From positions 32,001 through 96,000 of IMG/VR virus record IMGVR_UViG_3300034155_000027: a stretch of 64,000 bases of DNA; one strand, written 5' to 3'. Numbering within the stretch: position 1 is the stretch's first letter; each line of letters opens with the position of its first letter. The DNA is from a virus (taxonomy: Duplodnaviria; Caudoviricetes). This document shows, piece after piece, positions 47,611 to 56,461 of this stretch. The notes beneath the pieces are model-generated. The model saw only the letters and a program-made list of their open reading frames with translations. It had not been told where the DNA came from and made no database searches. The position numbers and the translations under genes were made by a program.

Positions 47611-49192
47611 TAATATGAGGAATTATTGATCGATTTTTTTACTAATAAAAATACCATAACCCAGAGCTGGAATATACCAATCAACAATATCTCCAGAAGT
47701 ACCTAAAATCCTAAACCCTGTAGATGTCCTAAGAGAAAGTGGTGCTGATGCTATAGATCCTAAGCCATTATTAGTGTACGTTGATAAAAACAAACGCTGA
47801 AAAGCAGGTTTCCATATAGTTGAAAGAAAAACATCAACAAATCCTTCAGTACCAATTACAACTACTCCTGATTGTCCACCATCTCTCCATTCTTTAATGG
47901 AATTCCACGCAATCATTGGATCGCCATCTAATGATATATTAAAATCTGTATAAACCAAAAGTATCACATCTAATGTTGTTTGTAAGTTAAAAATTAACCC
48001 ATCACTATATTGAATATGTGAATTACCCCCTCTTCTTACTCTTAAACCAGCGGTATTTCTTTTACCAGAAATACCATTACTTAATAACAAACTAGATCCA
48101 TTAGAAAGCGAAATCGCTTCATTATCGGCTTCTTCAAAAAATTGGCAATTATTTATAATTACAGCATCTGCATTTGAATTTATTGTTAATCGTGTACGTA
48201 TAAAAGTACATGATAACATATAACCACTTCTTATTTTAAACCCAATATTTACAAATTCTGGGTATGTTGTAATTCCTGGATAAATACCACAATTTGCAGC
48301 ATAACCATTAAAATCATTAGGATATTCCAAAAATGTAAACAATACTCCAATCCAATAAGTCAGAATATTAATAATAGTTGTTATTTTTCCAGATATTCTA
48401 CAACCATTAATGTAATATGAATTATGATTTATAAAAATTTGTTTGGTTATATGAAGATCGTTTAAACTAACCAAAATATTAGAGTTAGATTCTTTAGCAG
48501 TATTTTTAATTGAAACAGATTCTATTTGTGGAAGAAATTCAATAACTAAAGAATCTCCAGGATCCCAAGATTTTCCACCACTATTCGGTGGCAATGTTGG
48601 TTTAGTTATTTGACAAACAGATGTTCCCAAATCATCTGGATTAGCTATTAAAATCCATGAAATTGACGAATCAGATAATCTACGTAATCTATATCCAACA
48701 AATTCAGAAAAATCTATATCTGGTACAGATAATAAACATCCCGTTGCTGTTGAATGAGAATATACAGTATATGTTCCAACAATTAACGAATCAACAATTG
48801 TAGGCTGACCATAAGTATAAAATTGTGCAGTTCCATATTGATTTAATTGAATATATAGCTTTTTATATATACCTTGAGCAACATGAACCGTAATTGTATG
48901 ATTAATTGGAATTGAAACAGCTAAACGAATTGATAATTCTTCTAATGAAGCAAGTGGAGTATTTTCAGAAATTCCATCATTATTATCATCTCCTATATAA
49001 CCATCAATATACCAATCTGTAAAACTCCAATTTGTTTCATAATATATACGAGAAATTGATGATAGTTCTTGAGTAGAGATTCCACCAACAATATCTCCAT
49101 CTCTACGCAATATATAGCCATCGCCTATGTCTGTGGTTAATTTAAAGAAATTATCACTAACTCTTGTCATAATAATATGAGGAATTATTGAT
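47610..49192. repeat. 21-bp direct repeats flanking the 515-aa gene
   Basis: ataatatgaggaattattgat at 47610-47630 and 49172-49192. Confidence 0.9.
47623..49170 (-). CDS. Tailspike/fibre-like beta-helix protein
   Basis: WYIDGYIGDDNNDG..PLASL..TVHVAQGIY tailspike entry motif; C-terminal TSTGFRI..DWY. Confidence 0.65.
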   Translation of the reverse strand: MTRVSDNFFKLTTDIGDGYILRRDGDIVGGISTQELSSISRIYYETNWSFTDWYIDGYIGDDNNDGISENTPLASLEELSIRLAVSIPINHTITVHVAQGIYKKLYIQLNQYGTAQFYTYGQPTIVDSLIVGTYTVYSHSTATGCLLSVPDIDFSEFVGYRLRRLSDSSISWILIANPDDLGTSVCQITKPTLPPNSGGKSWDPGDSLVIEFLPQIESVSIKNTAKESNSNILVSLNDLHITKQIFINHNSYYINGCRISGKITTIINILTYWIGVLFTFLEYPNDFNGYAANCGIYPGITTYPEFVNIGFKIRSGYMLSCTFIRTRLTINSNADAVIINNCQFFEEADNEAISLSNGSSLLLSNGISGKRNTAGLRVRRGGNSHIQYSDGLIFNLQTTLDVILLVYTDFNISLDGDPMIAWNSIKEWRDGGQSGVVVIGTEGFVDVFLSTIWKPAFQRLFLSTYTNNGLGSIASAPLSLRTSTGFRILGTSGDIVDWYIPALGYGIFISKKIDQ

Positions 49193-49234
49193 ATTTTGTA
49201 TTTTTATCAAAGAATTGGATTTGTAAAAAAAAAA

Positions 49235-50188
49235 TTATTGGTGTTTTCTAACATATTTATCTTTAAAATATTCTTTTACAATTTGATATTTTTCAAATTT
49301 TCTATTAAGATAAATTGTAGAGTTTTTATACAACCAATCAAGAAATATTAAACAATCTTCATGTCGTAAAATACTTAAATCTGAAACATTTTTAAGTTTT
49401 TTTGTTTGGGCTAATATTGGTGTAATATTAAGTGTTGTTTGTAAATAACACTTAATTTCTTCAAGAAATCTAGAATAACCAGTTAATATAACTCTTAATT
49501 TATTTCCTTTAAAATTAATACATCCATCTCCGTCATATAAACCTCTGAAAAAATGTGACATTAAATGTTCTGGAATTGAAACGGGCATTGATATTTTAAA
49601 AGTTTTTGCTGGAACACATCCATATTCAATAAGTTTCTTTTTCAATTTAGAGCTCCATATTAAAAAAGTAACATATTTTCCTTCTTTTTCATATATTAAA
49701 TGCTTAAATCCATAAAATATATTAGAAAACAATTCTAATATATGTATATCTTTATTATGAAGACAAATTTTAATTTCAGCGCTTTTTGAATGTACATTTC
49801 CGTCAGCAAACATAAACCCAAGAAAATATGCTTTTTCTTGAGTGTCAATAATATCTAAAAATGATTCATTTATACTGTATTTTCTATTAAATTTTTCAGC
49901 ACCTTTTAAATCTATATTGTTTCTTTTTAGTATTCTACAAATAGTTGTAGGACAAATGTTTAATTTTTCTGCAATTTTTTCAGATGATAAATTGTTTTTA
50001 ATATATAAGTCGATAATTTCTTTTTCAACTATTTCTTTTGTTTTAATTGAATGTGATTCTATTCCTGATTTTTTAAGAATTCTTCTAACTTGTGTTGCTG
50101 ATATTCCTACTATGTCACCAACTGTTTTGGAAGATTTTCCTAAATTATATAATCTAATTATTTCTTTAGTTTTTTCGTCTTTTATCAT
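49235..50188 (-). CDS. Free-standing LAGLIDADG homing endonuclease with N-terminal HTH repeats
   Basis: AYFLGFMFADG and FFRGLYDGDG motifs; two HTH-like repeats. Start uncertain (50188-50251). Confidence 0.9.
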   Translation of the reverse strand: MIKDEKTKEIIRLYNLGKSSKTVGDIVGISATQVRRILKKSGIESHSIKTKEIVEKEIIDLYIKNNLSSEKIAEKLNICPTTICRILKRNNIDLKGAEKFNRKYSINESFLDIIDTQEKAYFLGFMFADGNVHSKSAEIKICLHNKDIHILELFSNIFYGFKHLIYEKEGKYVTFLIWSSKLKKKLIEYGCVPAKTFKISMPVSIPEHLMSHFFRGLYDGDGCINFKGNKLRVILTGYSRFLEEIKCYLQTTLNITPILAQTKKLKNVSDLSILRHEDCLIFLDWLYKNSTIYLNRKFEKYQIVKEYFKDKYVRKHQ

Positions 50189-50253
50189 AGTAATTTGGTT
50201 TCTATAACTGTTTGCAAAAACAACCATATCACATATGGAAAAAACTGTCAATA

Positions 50254-50286
50254 AAAAAAGGAACCAAGCTTTCTTGGTTCCTTTTT
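50254..50286 (-). terminator. Rho-independent terminator after major capsid gene
   Basis: aaaaaggaaccaag-cttt-cttggttccttttt, with a U-tract on either strand. Confidence 0.8.
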
Positions 50287-50324
50287 ACTATTTAGCTAAA
50301 ATATCTGTTTTTAGCTTTTTTATA

Positions 50325-51335
50325 TTATCCTACGAGAGTACTCTTTCGAGAAGCAGCAACACCACGTGGGTTAACAATACCAATACCAATTTCTTCGCTT
50401 ACAACCCAGCCTAATTTTAGTTGCTTAGGCTCGTCGGCCGGAATAACCTCAATATCACATTTAATTGGCATAACGCCAACGAACTCAGGATCTGCAGCAC
50501 CGTAAACTGTTCCCGGAGGAACAATCTTAGAAACCATGATATCCGCGCCCCAAATGTGACCGTATAAACCAGTTTGAAGAATTTCTCTTTGTGTAACCGG
50601 ATCAATCTCACCACCACCGGGTCCTTGTCCACCACCAGAAGCCCAGTTTAGAATATCGTTGAATTCATTGATATTCATTAAGAATTTAGTTGTAACTAGG
50701 TCCCAACGATCAATTTGAACCTTAATTTCACTAAGGTCTCGTTTAAGTAAACCACCATCAGAAATATCTTGGATAGTATTTTCAACGCTAGATGCTGCGT
50801 CGATAGCTGCAAACACGTTAGCATCTTCCTGAGCCATTAGTTCTTGACGAGCTTTCTGAACAGCACGGTCAATAACATTGAATCTTCGACGACGAACTTC
50901 TGAAATCCTTACAGTCGGATTGGAGTACAATTCGAAAGTAGGAATAACAACTCTATCACCGAATACACGACTTTCTCCACCGGTTCCATTACTGGAAATA
51001 ACGGTAGCAGCAACATCAATATCACGCTCATACTTAGGATCAACACCTTGTGCTAAGGCATCAATTACAAGTAGACGTCTACAAATTCCCTGATAATCCA
51101 AGTTACGACGAATTGGGTTGGCCATAGCCTGGGCTAAGGCTAATTTCCCTTCTTGGGTCATAATAGCGCGCGCGATAAGTTCGTCGCGTTTGTCATCATT
51201 TAAGGACGGTTGACCAGCAAGAGCACTATTTGAAGGCTGTCCTTCTTCAAGAATAGCGGCATATTTAACTAAAGTATTAAGCGCATCTTTTACAGATGTG
51301 GCGTTCATTTCGCCTGTTGAACTGAAAAAACTCAT
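50325..51335 (-). CDS. Major capsid protein (HK97 fold)
   Basis: LAQAMANPIRRNLDY..FELYSNP..EDANVF..GHIWGADI..EEIGIGIVNPRGV; AAGGAG RBS before MSFFS; strongly biased codon use. Confidence 0.85.
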   Translation of the reverse strand: MSFFSSTGEMNATSVKDALNTLVKYAAILEEGQPSNSALAGQPSLNDDKRDELIARAIMTQEGKLALAQAMANPIRRNLDYQGICRRLLVIDALAQGVDPKYERDIDVAATVISSNGTGGESRVFGDRVVIPTFELYSNPTVRISEVRRRRFNVIDRAVQKARQELMAQEDANVFAAIDAASSVENTIQDISDGGLLKRDLSEIKVQIDRWDLVTTKFLMNINEFNDILNWASGGGQGPGGGEIDPVTQREILQTGLYGHIWGADIMVSKIVPPGTVYGAADPEFVGVMPIKCDIEVIPADEPKQLKLGWVVSEEIGIGIVNPRGVAASRKSTLVG

Positions 51336-51380
51336 TCGTATCTCCTTTTTAGTATCAAAACCACCGAAATACATCAGCGT

Positions 51381-51420
51381 TTTTGGAGGAAGGAAAGAAC
51401 ATTTAATTCTTTCCTTCCAA
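51381..51420 (-). terminator. Stem-loop between decoration and capsid genes
   Basis: ggaaggaaagaa-catttaa-ttctttccttcc. Confidence 0.55.
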
Positions 51421-51440
51421 TTACTAATTCACATCACGAT

Positions 51441-52103
51441 TTACTGAGACGGCGGATTGAAATGAATCAAAGCGCGTTGCATTGCATTCGCTTGGGTTGG
51501 TGATACCAAACCAATCGGAGTTGTAACTAAACTTCCACCTTTGTAAGGTTCGAAATTAAGGAAGTAACCAACCTTAATACCAGACTCGAAAGCCTTAGTT
51601 GAAGCAGGAGTTAATAAACCAGCTGTAGTAGCATAAAGCGCGGCACCAATAGCTAAAGTAGCATTTGTGGGCACTAAACCATTAATAACATTTGTATCAA
51701 CTGCATCAAGAGTAACAGCATAGGTTCCGGGTTTATCCCAAAGAGTTAATTTACCGGAAGCAGCAGCAGTGTGAGGTCCAAGTAACTGACCGTTATACTG
51801 CCCAATACCATCAACAATTTGTCCACATAATCCACCAATAACTGAACCAAATAAAGTTCCGTAGCCACGAATACCATCATCTATAAGGAATAAAGGACGA
51901 GATCCACCACCAAGAGTTGTAGTAACAACTGGACGAGTAGTTCCAACATATCCATCATCTACATCAGCCGCACCGGAATCACCCGTAATAGCTACACCAA
52001 CAATTGTTCCAACTTCTCCACCTTTTACAGTGAGATAAATATCATCATGTCCGTCAAATTGACCAAGCGGTTGTGTGCCTGGTTGTACAAGTTCTAAAGC
52101 CAT
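51441..52103 (-). CDS. Head decoration/cement protein
   Basis: Upstream of MCP; ASGKLTLW..GAALYATTAGLLT pattern. Confidence 0.65.
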   Translation of the reverse strand: MALELVQPGTQPLGQFDGHDDIYLTVKGGEVGTIVGVAITGDSGAADVDDGYVGTTRPVVTTTLGGGSRPLFLIDDGIRGYGTLFGSVIGGLCGQIVDGIGQYNGQLLGPHTAAASGKLTLWDKPGTYAVTLDAVDTNVINGLVPTNATLAIGAALYATTAGLLTPASTKAFESGIKVGYFLNFEPYKGGSLVTTPIGLVSPTQANAMQRALIHFNPPSQ

Positions 52104-52198
52104 TTTTATTTCCTGTTAAGCACCTAAAGATTGGCGCGCCATTTTGTCTTACATCAAGTCTTTCAAAAACTATGCATTAATATTCCTAGAAATTATTT

Positions 52199-52477
52199 TT
52201 ATTTTAACTTTTTTATTTCATCAGTTAAAATATTCATTTTTTCAGCTATATTTTCAATTTTTTTAGATGATTTTGATTTGTTATTTTTATCAGAATCATT
52301 AGGTAATTTATAATATTCTTGTCCTAATGCCTGACTATTTTGAGGAGAGAAACTATCTTGTTTAGAATCTTCTTGAGATATAAACATTTCATTGATATAA
52401 GATCCTCTATTATTATCATAATCAGTAGGATCTCCTAAAGCATCTAAATCAGCAATTGAAAATTTATTATATGACAT
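52199..52477 (-). CDS. Hypothetical head-region protein
   Basis: 92-aa ORF in the operon. Confidence 0.5.
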   Translation of the reverse strand: MSYNKFSIADLDALGDPTDYDNNRGSYINEMFISQEDSKQDSFSPQNSQALGQEYYKLPNDSDKNNKSKSSKKIENIAEKMNILTDEIKKLK

Positions 52478-52518
52478 ATGTTATTTTTCTTTAGTTGTTA
52501 CCAAAGAATCTTTTTATT

Positions 52519-53739
52519 TTACCATTCTGGGAAAATAGAATCTACAGAAGGTGGAGTAATATTATTTGGTTTATTTTCAGGAGAAGCAACATAAGCTTCT
52601 GGTTTATTTTTTTCTATTGGTTTAGAAGTAATACTTGTTTCAATAGCTGGTTTTATAGTTGAACTTTCTTGAATAGTTGGTTCGGATTGTTTTGCCAAAT
52701 CAATAGATTCATTCATAGTTTTGATATCTTCTTTAATTGCGGCATAGAGACCACCAAATCTACCAACCATATAATCTTTACCATAAAGATGATCTATTAA
52801 AGTTTCTTCAGGGGCATTATGAACATAATCAAACATATCAGTAATTTTAGCCCACCAATCACTTTTAACATCAGTTGATGTAGATTTGGCTATTTTAATT
52901 TTATTAACCCAAGTAGGAATTGCATCATAAATTTTATTTAATTGTTCAATATATTGACCAATTTTAGTATTGATCATTTGTAATCTTTCAGATTCTGCTT
53001 TTTGTTGTTCTAAAGAAAGAGTTTCGTCAACTGATCTTGTTTTGGTTAATTCGTTTTTTAAAGAATATATTTGTCTAGCAGCATTCATAAGATTATTAAC
53101 ATCTTTACGAATACCTGAAGCATAAGGTTTTGAAGAAAGAACTTCTAAATCTTCAAGAACCAATTTTGAGTTTGCAAAAACATTTTGAACGGAGGTTGCT
53201 CCAAAATAAGACCATGCCCAAGTTCCTGCTACAGCAACGGCTGCAACAAGAGCAGCAATAGCTACTGGGCCCATGGCTTCTTTATGAATTGTGGGGTTTA
53301 TTTTATCTAATCTTTCAGCACAAGAATCTGCTAAAATCATTAATTCTGTTTCATTTTTATTATCTAATGCAAAAGCTGATTTTACTAAAGAATTCATTAA
53401 TTCATTTTTAGCAACAACATATCTTCTTTGTGATATATTTCCATTTGGTGTTTTAGTAGCAATATATGTCATAATATCATGACGTTGATTTATATTTTCT
53501 AAAATACCATTCATAGCATCATAAGCCGGTACAATAACAACAGTATCTGGATGAGCCGTATCAATAATATCTTTTTTGGTAAAAATATTATCAGGTTCAA
53601 TTCCATATAAATATCTTATCGCATCTTCTGATAAACCACTGCGACTTGGTTTTTTATCTTTTTTTTCATCTTCTTCAGATAAAGAAATAAGACCTTGTTC
53701 AACCGCTATCTTTTCAAAATTATCCCAAATATCCTGCAT
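52519..53739 (-). CDS. Putative internal head/ejection protein with a TM segment
   Basis: Propeptide-like N-terminus, then KEA-MGPVAIAALVAAVAVAGTWAW hydrophobic helix. Confidence 0.5.
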   Translation of the reverse strand: MQDIWDNFEKIAVEQGLISLSEEDEKKDKKPSRSGLSEDAIRYLYGIEPDNIFTKKDIIDTAHPDTVVIVPAYDAMNGILENINQRHDIMTYIATKTPNGNISQRRYVVAKNELMNSLVKSAFALDNKNETELMILADSCAERLDKINPTIHKEAMGPVAIAALVAAVAVAGTWAWSYFGATSVQNVFANSKLVLEDLEVLSSKPYASGIRKDVNNLMNAARQIYSLKNELTKTRSVDETLSLEQQKAESERLQMINTKIGQYIEQLNKIYDAIPTWVNKIKIAKSTSTDVKSDWWAKITDMFDYVHNAPEETLIDHLYGKDYMVGRFGGLYAAIKEDIKTMNESIDLAKQSEPTIQESSTIKPAIETSITSKPIEKNKPEAYVASPENKPNNITPPSVDSIFPEW

Positions 53740-53740
53740 G

Positions 53741-54808
53741 TTAGGTACCTTTGCTTTGGTTAATGGTCTTATATACATCGCCAATAAAAAGCGCTAATAT
53801 TTCGTCTCTAGATTTAAATGGATCTGGAATTGACCATTGCACTTGTCCAGGATTCCAATTTTGTGTAATTCTTTTTATCGCATCCCAAAAAGTTGGTGTT
53901 CTAAGAATTATGTCTTTATATTCGTACAAATCAGGATATGAAGCATAAATCCATTTTAAAACCCTCTCATGTGGTTTCTCATTTTCTAAATTTTCTATCC
54001 ATAAATCACCAGGATTGTTTTTAAATATATGAGACCCTGCTCCAGTAGGTTTTGGCCCAAATAATATTACTGGCTTTATAGATTGTTGTTCTGGTGTATT
54101 TGTTTTATCTTTTGATCCAAGCCCTAAAGCGCCTGCAGCCACACCACCAACAGCTAATAAACCAGCTGAAAGTAATACTGTTTTAAGAAACCATACTAAA
54201 ATTCCTACAATTAAACTAGATCCTCTTCTTTTACCAAAGAAACTAAACATTCTTATTAAAGGATTAGAGTTTTGAGGTATAAACGGTTGTGCTTTCCATG
54301 ACCTAGAAATTTCTCCATCTGCTTCTTTTAACATTCCTTTAGAATATAATTCTCTTAATGGAGATAATAAATCTTCAGATGATGTTGCTTCTATTGGTTC
54401 ATCAGATAAATTAGGAACAGCAGCTTTAGCTATATTATTAATTTGATTTGCACTGACTGGTTGACCGGCCTGAATTGAAGGTAAAATTGCACTAACAATA
54501 GTTTGATAAATTGAATAAATATCAAAACCAAATAATTGAGCGGCTGTAACTAAAATACCTAAAATTGGATGTAATCTAAAAAATATTGCAGGTACTAAAA
54601 AATCAACAACAGTTCTTGCAGCGCCACCATCTTCTGAACTATGTATTTGACCACCAACAAATTGTTTAATCGAATCTCCAATTCCTCCTAAAATAGATCC
54701 TAAATCAAATGCTTGTTTTGTTAAACCTATATCATTTGATTCTGAAAGAATTTTAAATGTTCTTTCAATTAAAAAAGAATCTGCAACATATTGAATATCT
54801 CCTTGCAT
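53741..54808 (-). CDS. Putative internal head/ejection membrane protein
   Basis: KQA and KEA motifs; two long hydrophobic G/A-rich segments. Confidence 0.5.
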   Translation of the reverse strand: MQGDIQYVADSFLIERTFKILSESNDIGLTKQAFDLGSILGGIGDSIKQFVGGQIHSSEDGGAARTVVDFLVPAIFFRLHPILGILVTAAQLFGFDIYSIYQTIVSAILPSIQAGQPVSANQINNIAKAAVPNLSDEPIEATSSEDLLSPLRELYSKGMLKEADGEISRSWKAQPFIPQNSNPLIRMFSFFGKRRGSSLIVGILVWFLKTVLLSAGLLAVGGVAAGALGLGSKDKTNTPEQQSIKPVILFGPKPTGAGSHIFKNNPGDLWIENLENEKPHERVLKWIYASYPDLYEYKDIILRTPTFWDAIKRITQNWNPGQVQWSIPDPFKSRDEILALFIGDVYKTINQSKGT

Positions 54809-54831
54809 ATTATTTCCTGGTGATAGGGATA

Positions 54832-56460
54832 TTATGTGCCCTGTAGTTTATCTAAAGCTCTTCCAAGAGACGCCCCAGATCTTGATATAATTGAACGAAT
54901 ATTATCTTGCCATTCAACAGACATACGTTGTTGTTGTCTAACTACATCTGCACTTGTTTTTGTTCTATATTGATATGCCCAATTTCTATACATAGAAGAT
55001 AATACATCACCAATTAAACTTGCATATGCTCTAAAAGACTTAAGCGCAGTTGATTTATCTCCACTAATATTATTTAAAGCAATACTTATCCATTTTCCGT
55101 TTTGGAAATCTTCCATATCTATGTTTGGTAAAGTTCCATTTTGTGACATTGATCTTAATTGATTTAAGGAATCATCACCACTTTCGTCTATTGGGAACTT
55201 CACAATATCAGATTCAAGTCTCATAAATGGTTTAAGAGGTCCATTTAATATATTTGAATAATCTTTATTACTAGATATTGTTTCAGCATTTGAACTTGTA
55301 TCAACAGGTCCTGAACGCCTTCTAGCAGCACCAGGACCAGAAGCAGCATCATTCATTGCTTTATATAAAACATGAGATGTAACGACTGGGGTTTTTTCTT
55401 GCCCAGCATTTCTTAAAATTTGCTCAACCTTATCTCTGATATTATTCCAAAGATCTGAAATATTTCTAACTCCAGCCATATACTCTTCAGCATTTTTTAT
55501 ATCCTGATCAGGATTTTTATTTTCTTCTAATTGTGCATGTAAAGCATTGGCTCTTTCTGCAAACCATTGAATTATATCATCAATTTCATTTATACAATGT
55601 CCTTTAGGTCTTTTTGTTATTGTTGGTTGTTGTGCTAATTTAAAAATAGATTCTGATAAAATAATATCTGCAAGTTTTTGTAAAATATCAGAATTTAATT
55701 CCGCTGTAGTAAGACTAGGAAGAGGTTCACAAACAGAACCCTCAAGAGTCATTGGATTAATTAATCTGAAAAAATTAACCAAATCTTTTAAATGGCCACC
55801 AGTAACTGCAATTTTACCTGGTTTCGTCATAGGGTTTTCTAATTGATCATATGTTAATTCTGGACCAACATGATCATATATAGTTCCAGAATTTGTTCTT
55901 TTAATATTCTTTACATTAGTTTCTAAACCTAAAACATTAAATATTTTAACTATATTATCAATATTTTCATTTGCAATAGTAATAATATCAGGATCTTTCA
56001 TTTCTTTATAAGGGCTTTCTCCCTCTCCTTCTTTTATTATTGAAGGAATTTTAAATTTTTCAGTAAATGATTTTAGATTTACCAAAGAAGCTTTTGTATT
56101 TTTACCCCAAATACCATCTTCTCTTTCTTTTTGTGGGCCTCCAGAAGTATTGCTGAATTTTGGAGCTAAATTACGTATTTCGTTTTCTGGCACTTGAAGT
56201 TTTATAGCTATTCTTTTAGCATTTATAGTTATTTTACTAGTAAGATCATTTAATAATTGCTGCATTGTCATAACAATGCCTTTTTGATCTTCTGGTAAAT
56301 CACCACCAATTTCTTTTGATCCTGGTTTATTGGATACTGTTTTACCAGATGGTTTTGCAACAGGAGATGTAGAAGACTTTCCTGAAGGTGTTCCAGATTT
56401 AGGATTTATTAAAGCAGGTCCACCTGCTGCTGTTTTAGTAATTTGTCCAAAATATTTCAT
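54832..56460 (-). CDS. Putative internal head protein with a peptidoglycan-binding-like motif
   Basis: MQQLL..EDGIWGKNTKASL (PG_binding_1-like). Confidence 0.45.
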   Translation of the reverse strand: MKYFGQITKTAAGGPALINPKSGTPSGKSSTSPVAKPSGKTVSNKPGSKEIGGDLPEDQKGIVMTMQQLLNDLTSKITINAKRIAIKLQVPENEIRNLAPKFSNTSGGPQKEREDGIWGKNTKASLVNLKSFTEKFKIPSIIKEGEGESPYKEMKDPDIITIANENIDNIVKIFNVLGLETNVKNIKRTNSGTIYDHVGPELTYDQLENPMTKPGKIAVTGGHLKDLVNFFRLINPMTLEGSVCEPLPSLTTAELNSDILQKLADIILSESIFKLAQQPTITKRPKGHCINEIDDIIQWFAERANALHAQLEENKNPDQDIKNAEEYMAGVRNISDLWNNIRDKVEQILRNAGQEKTPVVTSHVLYKAMNDAASGPGAARRRSGPVDTSSNAETISSNKDYSNILNGPLKPFMRLESDIVKFPIDESGDDSLNQLRSMSQNGTLPNIDMEDFQNGKWISIALNNISGDKSTALKSFRAYASLIGDVLSSMYRNWAYQYRTKTSADVVRQQQRMSVEWQDNIRSIISRSGASLGRALDKLQGT

Positions 56461-56461
56461 A

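Noticed and set aside
49235-50251. Group I intron or intein around the LAGLIDADG gene
   Set aside because: Flanking genes are complete, a terminator separates it from the MCP, and no splice motifs were seen.
50325-51335. Encapsulin or contractile injection system (eCIS) interpretation
   Set aside because: Capsid, scaffold, decoration, neck, sheath, tube, tape measure and homing endonucleases together indicate a tailed phage.
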